This document shows positions 35,944-46,900 of a DNA stretch of 52,025 nt, piece by piece. Origin of the DNA: Sphyrna mokarran. Taxonomy: Eukaryota. Each line of letters opens with the position of its first letter. Within the stretch, counting starts at the first letter, position 1. The translations under genes were made by a program, and so were the position numbers. The notes under the pieces were generated by a model. The model did not search any database, was not told the origin of the DNA, and saw only the letters and a list, made by a program, of their open reading frames with translations. The DNA lies in contig JAGIQG010000016.1 of NCBI GenBank assembly GCA_024679065.1, positions 5,467,976 to 5,520,000 on the forward strand, read 5' to 3'.

Positions 35944-36449
35944 AACCCTGCCTGAGGTCAAAGGGACCATCCCATCGCCCACACCTCGCTCTCTCTATTT
36001 CCCACGGAGGACAGGACTATTAAACTCCAGCCACTATTTTCACCTCAGTTGAGATGTTCCCTTTGACCTTTTCATTGATAGTGAATCCATCAGAGACTAT
36101 TAAGTCCCTCACTCTCCCTCCCCCCCCCCCCCCCCCCCCAAACCACCATTTACTTTGTTTCACTTATCATTCTTTTAAGTTGTTCTTGAAAGGGGCAGAT
36201 CGCTGGCAATGACAATGAGGCCACCCGCTTTGTGTTAGCAAGCAAGAGGAATTTCCATCTCAATGATTTAACATCGGGACTGAGCTGCGTCTGTACATAT
36301 TGGATCAACTAACTGTGCATGTGTTTCCGAACTTTGCAGTCACTGCAACTAACACATGTTAGGGAGCAGATCGGCAACCTCAAAACACATTATGAAACAT
36401 GACTAGACTATTTTATTTTGGCACCAATGCGATGTGATTCTGTTATCAC

Positions 36450-36830
36450 AAATTGATTTGATTTAATATTGTCAACTGTATTCGTATACAGTGAAACGTT
36501 TTGCTCTTGCGCGCTATCCTGACAGAGCATACTGTACATAGAGTTGGAAAGGAGAGAGTGCAGAATGTAGTGTTGCACTCATTTCTACAGTGTAGAGAAA
36601 GATCAACTTAATGCAAGGTAGGTCCATTCAAAAGACAGTAGAGAACAGATTGTTCTTCAGTCAGCTGATACTTCAGACTTTTGTACCCCTTAAGCGATGG
36701 AACAGGATCGGACAGAGATTGTCCTGAATGCATGGAGTCCTTAATTATGCTGGCTGCTTTGCAGGGGCAAGTACAGATAGAGTCATTGGATGGGAGGTTC
36801 TTTTGCATGATGGATTGGGGGTTACATTCA
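36450..36830 (-). mobile_element. Rex1/Babar-like LINE 3' end
   Basis: ORF 36608-36808 KAASIIKDSMHSG. Confidence 0.7.
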
Positions 36831-38209
36831 CAGCAATCAGAAGATTTTATGAAAACAAACTTTATTTTAACAAGACAGTCTAAATATAATGAATGGATTA
36901 GCTTAATTTTAATAATTAAGATACCTAATCATGACAAGATGCAATTTTTAACTACTAACCTATTTCTATTTGTTCCAATTTAAGCAATATTACTCATAAT
37001 TTTCAACTCCTCTTCAAAATCCATCAGCAGACAACATAGGCTTAAGTGTTTTAATAGTTGTAGAACGTTTAAACATCTTGATAGGTACAGGGCAAGATCT
37101 TCTGGCCACACTGACCCCAAAACAAGAAAATTTTGCCTGAGGTCAAAGGGCCTTTGCGAGGTTCATGTCCCTGCCTGCTGTAATTCCATGGTGGGTATGA
37201 AGGGGAAGTTCCTTCCACAGAGTATCTTGCCTACAAGCTTTCACTCAGCAGCCTCCAGAGAGAAAGGAAGAGGAGACTCACCTCCTTTCCCTTGCTGACC
37301 CAATTAGGAACTGCATGCTTTTCTCTGTAAGCTTAGCTCTGCCCAGACACATCAATCAAGCTAATTAAACCCTACCCTGAAACCCCAGAGGAAAATCCAA
37401 AAGAAAAAGGCATTTGCGCCGATTGGAAGAAAACACACCATTACCTGGGATAAATTGCTCTTCTGCATTCTCAGTATGGGAGCTGCCCAGAGCAGACAAA
37501 TTGGCACCATGACAAGAGCTGAATTTTGAAACATACCCTTCAAAAGAGCCATGATACAAATCTATTTCTCAGAGGCACAGCATCATCACACAAATGATCT
37601 TTAGTATTAGGAATACTGGGGGTGTTAGAAAATTGCACCCAACTTTTCCGAACTGATTCTATCATGCAAACCAATTGACTCCAAAGAATAAAGAACAGTA
37701 CAGCATAGGAACAGGCTCTTCAGCCCATCAAGCCTGTACTAATCATGATGCCTATCTAAACTAAAACAGTATGCCCTTGCGGAGTCTGTATCCTTCCATT
37801 CCCATTCTATTCGAGTATTCAGTGAGTTGTCCATGCCACGCATAATCTTATAATCCTCTATCAGGTCGCCCCTCAACTTCTGTCATCCCAGTGAGAACAA
37901 ACCAAGTTTATTGCTGACTTCATCTTGTTTTGAAATAAACCTTATTTCTGACAGAAGTCTGGCCTGCCTATTTTTATTCACGGTCCTGCTAATAAGCCCC
38001 GAGTACAGAACCAGAGATTGGAGCACCTCAAATGCGCAGGTCATCCCACAGGCTAAGATTAAACCGTATGAACATAGACACCCATAGAACCGATAGTGCA
38101 GACTCAATGGGCCGAAGGACCTCTTCTGCGTTGTCTGATTCTAATGTCTCACTATTTAGAAAATTTCTCAGTTGGTCCTTCCGACGTACAAACTGCTTCC
38201 AATGTGTAC

Positions 38210-38930
38210 AGAATATAGGGCTAATGGTAGGACTCTTAGTAGTGTAGATGAGCAGAGAGATCTCGGTGTACAGGTGCATAGATCCCTGAAAGTTGGTACT
38301 CAAGTTGATAAGGTTATTAAGAAGGCATACAGTGTGTTAGCTTTTATTGATAGAGGGATTGAATTTCGGAGCCGAGACGTCATGTTGCAACTATACAAAA
38401 CTCTGGTGCACTTGGAGTATTGTGTATAGTTCTGGTCGCCACATTATAAGAAAGATGTGGAGACATTGGAAAGGGTGCAGAGGAGGTTTACCAGGATGTT
38501 GCCTGGTATGATGGGTAGGTCTTATGAGGAAAGGCTAAGGGACTTGAGATTATTTTCATTAGAGAGAAGAAGGCTAAGAGGTGACTTAATTGAGACATAT
38601 AAGATAATCAGAGGATTAGACAGGGTGGATAGTGAGAGCCTTTTTCCTCGGATGGAGATGGATAACACGAGGGGACATAGCTTTAAATTAAGGAGTGGTA
38701 GTTATTGGGCGGATGAAAGAGGTGGGTTCTTTACTCAGAGGGTAGTAAGGGCATGGAATGCCCTGCCTGCTGCAGTTGTGGACTCGTCAAGTTTAAGGGA
38801 GTTCAACTGGTCAGTGGATAGGCATATGGATAGCATTGGAATAGTTTAGGTTAGAGGCTCGTAAGATTGGTTCCATTGGTCGGCTCAACATCGAGGGCCG
38901 AAGGGCCTATACTGTTCTATATTCTACATT
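38210..38930 (+). mobile_element. CR1 LINE 3' end
   Basis: ORFs 38172-38849 QRDLGVQVHRSLK...LERVQRRFTRMLPG. Same subfamily as 10595-11220. Confidence 0.93.
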
Positions 38931-39164
38931 CTAATATTTTCTTCTAAGTGAGGCAGACATGAGTGGAGGTGGTGGGGTGGGGAAGGGGGCGGGGGGGGGG
39001 AAGTTCCTGGGGTTCAGGGGTGAGGGAATTCTGCACTCAAAGCAAGTTTGCTTCTTGGCGGCGAGGAAAACATGAAGTTATTTTCCGATGCTACGAGCAG
39101 TGACAATGAGAGTGGTCATGGCGACAAGCGGGCATCAAAGGCTGAGTCACTCCTGTCTCAGATT

Positions 39165-39607
39165 GCTGCTTTGCAGAACTGCTCTGCCCAAAGTCCGCAA
39201 GAAGCTACAAAAAGCCGGTGAATGTAGCCCAATCCTTCACGCAAAACCAGCCTCCCGTCCATCGACTCTTCCCACACTTCCCGCTGCCTCGGAAAAGCAG
39301 CCAGCATAATCAAGGATCCCGTGCACATTCTCTTTTCCACTTTCTTCCACAGGGAAAAAGAGACAAAATTCTAAGGTCACCTATCAACCGACTCAAGAAC
39401 AACTTCTTCCCTGCTGCCGTCAGACTTTTGAATGAACCTATCTTGCATTGAGGCGACCTCTCTTTACACCCTAGCTACGGCTGTAACACAACACTGTGCA
39501 CTCTCTCCTTTCCTTCTCTATGAACAGTATCCTCTGGCTGCACAGCGCTCAGGAAACAATAATTGTCACCGTACGCTAACACACGCGACAATAATAAATC
39601 AAATCAG
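39165..39607 (+). mobile_element. Rex1/Babar-like LINE 3' end
   Basis: LFHFLPQGKR..RLKNNFFPAAVRLLN, with tail aataataaatcaaatc. Confidence 0.8.
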
Positions 39608-39609
39608 AT

Positions 39610-40030
39610 AAGTAAATAATACATTTCCTGACTTAATATCTTGGATTTATTCAAAACCTGTGCTAAGCATAGTAGTCTGAAGGATGCACATCATTCTGGG
39701 CTTTACCCCTCCCCGGACAATCGCTGAGAATGAACGAGGACAGAGTTGTTGACCCAAAAAGAAAGAATTGGAAGAATCTTATTGGAAAAGGGAGAAAAAA
39801 AACAAATACATGGAATTGGTAATAGAGCAGCTTTCCCCAAAAAAGTATGAGTTGCAGTTGTATGAATTGCTGCTCCCACATTCCCATAAGGAATATGTTG
39901 GGGCTGAGGGAACGTACGATGAAATAAGGACTTATTCTTAACGAGTGTGTTCAATACATGGGAACTAACTGCGTCACTAGAGGGTCCTGTATAAATCAGG
40001 TACTGATTTCAACTGAGCCCAGACTCTGGT
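39610..40030 (+). promoter_or_regulatory. Orphan paralog of the GPCR upstream module (keeps TATA, then runs into a SINE)
   Basis: Direct sequence similarity to 27530-27720 and, inverted, to 25120-25730. Confidence 0.6.
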
Positions 40031-41579
40031 CCCGTCTGTCAGAGCCCCTCACAGTGCCTGGGACCTCAGTTCAATTCCCCAGGGTCGCTGTCTGCGTGTG
40101 TGGAGTTTGTACATTCTCGCCACATCTGCCTGGGGTTACCTCGGGATGCTTTTTGGGTTTCCTCCTGCTCTTCAAAGATCTGCAGGTTAGGTTAATCGGC
40201 CTTGCTAAATTGCACCTTATTGTCAGGAGAAGAGGGAATTAAGGGTTATGGGGATAAAGTGGGGAAGTGGAACCGATCCACTTCAGATTAGCTGTGATCT
40301 TATTGAATGGCGGGGCAGGCTCGAGGGGCTGGATGGCCTACTCCTGCTCCGATTTCTTATGTTCTAAGAATAGGGTGTTCCTGTGGGGTTACGGTGAAAA
40401 TGCCTGGATGGTGTTGTGATGGGTGCAGACTCGATGGGCTGAAAATCCTCCTTCTACACGTGACTCCAGCTCTTATGAAGTTGTAATTAATACAACTGCA
40501 ACTCATATTGCTCCAGGATGAAAGACAGACATACCTTTAGCCAAGTTCTTTGTCAATGTTTGAAAATTTTAGAAATTATTCATCGGGATTTCAATATATT
40601 TGTAGATTTAAAGAATATATTAATTCTGGCAAGCTGGAGTTCCATTTACTGATAGATTGTTGGCAATACATTTTCTGATGGAAAGTTTTTGCCAGTTTGA
40701 TTAATAAAATTTGACTGCATTTTGGAAGTCAGTAACCTGTGTACACCTCAGGGATCTGATTGATGAGATTGTTCTGCTCGCAGTGCAGGCTCCGGCCAGC
40801 AGAAGGCGACAATGCGGCAGAGGGATTGCTCTCCCAGATGCTGCAGCTCTGCCCTCTGTGGGCAGTAGTCTGGCACTGCACATGGTCTTGTGGAAAAGTC
40901 TTGGGTTCATGGTGAGTCAACTCAATACTGTTGAGTTTTGTGTGGAATTTGTCAAGAATTGAGTACAAAAAGGAGCTGAAATCCACAGATGGGACCCCAG
41001 ATATCTGTGCCGGTGGCTCTTAAAGCCTCCTGGGCCCTTTTCAGGATTCAGAATATAGATAGACAGCAGTGAACCAGTGAACTCCAATCATGCTGGAGTC
41101 AAATAATTTTTTCAACATTTTAACCTTTATCCATAGACTATCGGTGACTCTCCTCATTACCCTGAGTGACAACAGTCATCCCCGTTAATATTCTTCACCG
41201 TTTACACTTTATTTTTAATTCATTCTTGGCAGATGGGCTTCATTGGCTGGGCCAGCATTTATTGCCCATCCCTAGCTGCCCCTTGAGAAGGTGGTGGTGG
41301 TGAGCTGCCATCTTGAATCGGTGCAGCCTACACAGCGTAGGTACACCCACAGTGCTGTTAGGGAGGGAGTTCCAGGATTTTGACCCAGACACAGTGAAGA
41401 AACAGTGATATATTTCCAAGTCAGAATGGCAAGTGACTTGGAGGGGAGCTTCCCAAGTGGTTGTGTTCCTAGGTATCTGCTGTCCCTTGCCCTTTTAAAT
41501 GGAAGTAGTCACGGGTTTGGAAGGAGCTAAGGACCATTTTGTGAGCTTCTGCGCTGCATCTTAAAAGATTCAAGCTTTT

Positions 41580-41870
41580 AATTCTTTTTATTAGTCACAA
41601 GTAGGCTTCCATTAACACTGCAATGAAGTTACTGTAAAAATCCCCCTGCCTTCACATTCCGTTGCCTGCTCTGGTACGCTGAGGGAGAAGGGCCAATACA
41701 CTTAATCAGCACGTCTTTCGAACTGGGGGAGGGAATCGCGACATCCAGAGGAAACCAACATAGACACGGGGAGAATGTGCAGACTCTGCAAAGATAGTGA
41801 CCCAAGCTGGGAATTGAACCCACGTCCCGGGCACTGTGAGGCAGCAGTGCTAACCACTGTGCCGCCACGT
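41580..41870 (-). mobile_element. V-SINE, alternative-tail subfamily, nested in a LINE 3' fragment (41215-42090)
   Basis: V core and tRNA-like head. The flanking LINE carries the gcatttattgcccatccc tail. Confidence 0.75.
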
Positions 41871-42649
41871 CACCCATCTGACTTTGGAGAGGGTACAGAA
41901 AAGATTTGCCAGAGTGGTACACACTGCTGCTACCGAATCCCCCGCTGTCAATCCCAAGGATGTTGACAGCGGGGGATTCAGTGACGGTAACACCATGGAA
42001 GCAGTTGTTAGAGTGTCTCTTGTTAATTATGGTCAATGCCTGGCACTTGTGTGGCACTTTGCCACTTGTCAGCCAAAGCCCTGGAGACCTGGGACCAATT
42101 TAAATTGTTTATTCTTCACACAACGGATCCCTGGTGCCAACCTCTCACTTTATACAAGCGGGAGGGACCCTGGTTGGTGAGAAATAATTGCCTCGTATTT
42201 TTTCAGCCCTTTGCCTCGGCACCAATCATCTCAAAGCTCTTCACATTCTGTGAAATACGTGGTGACAGATGGTCCCCACTGCGATGCAGGAAACCCAGGG
42301 GCCAAAGCGTGCACAGCAAAATCCCATGCATACAACAATGTGATAATGAGACCCCGTTCCGGGGGCAGTGACAGATGTTGGGTTCTTGGAGGGGAGGAAG
42401 AATGTTGCAGCTCTCCTTTGAGATAGTTCTGCCGGATCATTCCCAAGTCTCCAAGCGGAACGGCGATGGAGGTTTAATATCTCTCCCGAGATGTGCCGCC
42501 TCCAAACAGTTTCTTGGGTGCTGAATTGGAGAGTCTGCTTTTACATCTCAAGCCCCGTGCTGAACTCCTAACCCTCTGTTTCCGAGGCAGGCTGGCCACC
42601 CAACTGAGCCACGGCAAACCGGCTTCTCTCTCGCGCTTCCAACGCGCTG

Positions 42650-43155
42650 ACGTCTTGCTGAATTCTGCTCGCCACACTGCCAGAGAGACGTGGAGGCTTT
42701 GGAGAGGGTGCAGAAAAGATTTACCAGGATGTTTGCCTGGTACGGAACTACGAGGAGAGGTTGGAGAAACTTGGCTCATTCTCACAGAGGTCAAGGGGGA
42801 GACCTGATAAATTACAAGGGGAATGGACGGAGTCAGAAGCTTTTTCCCCAGGGTGGAAGAGTCAATTACTAGGGGGCATAGGTCCAACATGCGAGGGGCA
42901 AGGTTTAAAGGAGATGTACAGGGCAAAGTTTTCTACAAAGAGGCTGGTGGGTGCCTGGAATTCACACCCGGCGGAGATAGTGAAGCAGACACAGTAGTGA
43001 CATTTAAGGGGTGTCTTGATAAATACACAAATGGGATGGGAATAGAGGGATATGGTCCCAGGAAGGGTGGGGGGTTTTAGTTAAGTCAGACAGCATGATC
43101 GGTACAGACTTGGAGGGCCGAAGGGCCTGTTCCTGTGCTGTAATTTGCTTTGTTC
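42650..43155 (+). mobile_element. CR1 LINE 3' end, degenerate
   Basis: ALERVQKRFTRMF, with tail gggccgaagggcctgttcctgtgctg. Confidence 0.85.
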
Positions 43156-43264
43156 TCTGAATCCATATTCACTGAACATTGATACGGTTTGCGTTGCAAC
43201 GATTCTAACATAAATACTCTTTTTGTTAGCACAGAATTTCAATATTAATGAGAAATAGACACCA

Positions 43265-43405
43265 CAGGGGGGGGGGCTTTTCCCTTCCCACCCTCCACAG
43301 GAATCGTAGCGGTGGGGGGATCAGGGAAGGGGGGTGCAGAGTCCGTGCAAAGTTCCATTGACCTCGGGCAGGATTTTAGTGTGAGGTCGGAAAATCCCAC
43401 CCTTT
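43265..43405. mobile_element. MITE-like ~140-bp element; related copies at ~24357-24488, 37090-37218 and 46697-46858
   Basis: Imperfect terminal inverted repeats (ggg..ttttcc / ggaaaa..ccc) and shared internal ccattgacctc.gg..ggatttt. Confidence 0.5.
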
Positions 43406-43735
43406 CCATCAAAAATTTTCACCTTCCGCTCATCAGGATAGCGGGAAAGGAATTATCGGCTGCAAACAACAATTCGTACTGCTTGGGAAGAGAGTGCTGA
43501 TCGGTGGCGTCTGATTGGTGGAAAACGTCGCCATGGAGAATGCAGCGTGGACCAGTTAACTTCCAAGCGCTTTGTCAAACTGGGCGGGTCCACTCTGATT
43601 GGTCAAGATACGGACCCTGAGGAACGAATCAGCGAATGGCTGACCTGTTGATGTAAAAAAAGACTCAAAGTTTGGGAGTTGAAGAGAAAGACAGAGAGAA
43701 AAGGACTCGGCCGACTGTGTCCCCACCCCCACCCG

Positions 43736-43950
43736 TTTATTCCACCGTGTTCAATCTATCCCCAGTGTCAGAGGGTGCGTCACTCCGCACACAACATGTG
43801 ACTGTCCGTGGGGAAAATCATCCAGGGAGAATTGTTCCCGAGTGTGGGTGTTGAGAATCCCGGTCTCTGACACAGACAGAAAGATTCGCAGGATTTTCAC
43901 TCGATCCCAGGATTCAGTGAGTAACGTCACTCTGTTCAGTAAGGTGTTAT
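43736..43950 (-). other. Receptor B probable terminal exon (R-stop, 3' UTR, AATAAA)
   Basis: Minus strand: atgatttctcccctag|a taa completes AGA and stops. AATAAA lies on the minus strand at 43741-43736. Confidence 0.55.
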
Positions 43951-46900
43951 CTAGGGGAGAAATCATTCACTGTGTAAGATTGAGGAACTCTGCAACAATA
44001 ACTTGCATTTATATAGCAGCCTTGATGTTATAAAACAAACCGATGGCCCTTTACAGGGGAAATTATTGAAGAAAACATCAGCCAGAGACACATGAGGGGA
44101 TATAAAAACCAGGGGAACAGACCGCTGGCAAAAAAGGCGTTGATTTTAAGGTGTGAATTAAAGAAGGAGAGATTGTGAGAAAGAGAGATGTGGAGAGGGA
44201 ATTCCAGAACTCAGTACCCTCTCCTCTCCCCAACCCAGGCAGCTGAAGGCTTGGCCACCAGTGGTGGAGCAATGAGAATCAGGGGATACTCAAAAGGCAG
44301 GAATTGGAGGGGCTGGGGCTGGTTAAAAATATAGGGAGGTTTGTAGGGGCTGGAGGAGGTTGCAGAGATAGGGAGGGTGTGTAGGGGCTGGAGGAGGTTA
44401 CAGAGATAGGGACGGTGTGTAGGGGCTGGAGGAGGTTACAGAGATAGGGACGGTGTGTAGGGGCTGGAGGAGGTTACAGAGATAGGGAGGGTTGTAGGGG
44501 CAGGAGGACGTTACAGAGATAGGGAGGGTTGTAGGGGCAGGAGGACGTTACAGAGATAGGGAAGGTTGTAGGGACTGGAGGAGGTTACAGAGATAGGGAG
44601 GGTTGTAGGGACTGGAGGAGGTTACAGAGATAGGGAGGGTTGTAGGGACTGGAGGAGGTTACAGAGATAGGGAAGGATGTAGGGTCTGGAGGAGGTTACA
44701 GAGATAGGGAAGGATGTAGGGACTGGAGGAGGTTACAGAGATAGGGAGGGTTGTAGGGACTGGAGGAGGTTACAGAGATAGGGAGGGTTGTAGGGACTGG
44801 AGGAGGTTACAGAGATAGGGAGGGTTGTAGGGGCTGGAGGAGGTTACAGAGATAGGGAGGGTTGTAGGGGCTGGAGGAGGTTACAGAGATAGGGAGGGTT
44901 GTAGGGGCTGGAGGAGGTTACAGAGATAGGGAGGGTTGTAGGGGCTGGAGGAGGTTACAGAGATAGGGAGGGTTGTAGGGGCTGGAGGAGGTTACAGAGA
45001 TAGGGAGGGTTGTAGGGACTGGAGGAGGTTACAGAGATAGGGAGGGTTGTACCGGCTGGAGGAGGTTACAGAGGTAGGGAGGGTTGTAGGGGTTGGAGGA
45101 AGTTACAGAGATAGGGAGGGTTGTCAGGGCTGAAGGAGGTTACAAAGATAGGGAAGGTTGTAGGGGCTGGAGAAGGTTACAGAGATAGGGAGGATTTTTG
45201 GGGCTGGAGGAGGTTACAGAGATAGGGAGGGGGGTTGTAGGGCCTGGAGGAGGTTACAGAGATAGGGAGGGATGTAGGGGCTGGAGAAAGTTACACTGAT
45301 AGGGAGGGCTGTAGGGGCTGGAGGAGGTTACAGAGATAGGGAGGGTTGTAGGGGCTGGAGGTGTTAACAGAGATAGGGAGGGTTGTAGGAGCTGGAGGAA
45401 GTTATAGAGATAGGGCGAGTTGTCGGGGCTGTAGGAGGTTACAGAGATAGGGAGAGTTGTCGGGGCTGTAGGAGGTTACAGGGATAGGGAGGGTTGTCGG
45501 GGCTACAGGAGGTTATTGAGCTGTGCTCTTGGAGCCAGAACCTCAGAACTGGAAGGTAAGAGGGTTTAACTCTGAGGAAGGGCTGATGGACAAGTTGAGT
45601 GTGGAAGACTAACCCTCTCTGGAGCTGCGAGTCAGTAACATGGGCAGAAACTGCTTTGGATTGTGAGTGGAGAAGGTGAAACGTGTGGAAAGATTATCGA
45701 GAGAGAGAGAGAGAGAGACACGGAGACAGAGTTTGGGCAGAGTCACTCCCTGATGGTGATGTGAATGAGGCTGTAAACACATGGTTGGTGAATAAACCTT
45801 GCCTGTGAAGTTGTCTGTACATCGACTGCTCGTTCAGATTCAGACTCTGCGGGGGGAGGGGGGAGAAGAACACAAAACCAATTTGGGGGTTTCAAACTGT
45901 GATGAATTTGTGTGAAAGAATTCTGTGTTTCTGGGTGGGATACTCACCGTGTAATTAGACTGTGACTCCGGGGAGATCTGCAATACAACGTTAACACGGT
46001 TAGGGGGGACTCAGAGTAAGTTATTCTGTGAGACGTGTAGAGAGTGAGAGCAAAGTGAGCATAAACTGTAATAACAATGTAATTCCCTGATGATTCTATT
46101 TAATATTCCCTCTCTCATTAACCCCCAGAGACAGCGGGTGGGGGGATTGTGTTAATATTTCCCTTCAAGTGAGGGTTGACACATTTTCCTGTAACAGGGA
46201 CAAAGGAAGATTTGATTCTGATAACACTGGTGGGATGTGTTATTGACTGACACAAAGTGATGATCAAACGTGTATCTAAAAAACACTCAAAGCAGAGCTG
46301 AAGTTTCAATTTTATTTGTCGCAAGTCGGTTTATATTAACATTGCAATGAAGTTACTGTGAAAATCCGCTCTCCGGCACCTGTTCGGGTACACCGAGGGA
46401 GCATTTAGCATGGCCAATGCACCCTAACCAGCACGTCTTTCGGACTGTCAAAGGAAACCCGAGGAAACCCACGCAGACACGGGGAGAATGTGCAGACTGC
46501 ACACAGACAGTGACCCAAGCCAGGAATCGAACCCGGGTCCCTCACGCTGTGAGGCAGCAGAGCTAACCCACTGTGCCGTCCCAATTATCACATGCGTTGG
46601 GATACAATGAAAAAGTGTTGTTTCTTGCAGACAAAGCATGCCATTCATAGAGTACACAGGGGGCGAAGGAAAGGTGAAGGTGCAAAGTGCAGTGTTGGGG
46701 CGAGGTTTTCCCACCGCCCTCACCTCAAAATCGGAAAGTTCCCGCCCGCGGTCAACCGACTTTTGCATGGTCTTTCCCCCCCCCCCAACCTCCCTCGCCA
46801 CCCCCCACATTCCCACTCCAATCCCAATGGTGGACGAGACAGGAAAACTACCCCCCCACCTTTGAAATTTAATATGTGATAGGTTCATTCAAGACCAGCT

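Noticed and set aside
40701-40986. Overlapping ORFs in unique sequence
   Set aside because: No recognisable domain or convincing splice sites.
45520-45870. LTR relic initially suspected here and at 51680-51900
   Set aside because: Both intervals contain minus-strand exons of receptor B and lack LTR termini.
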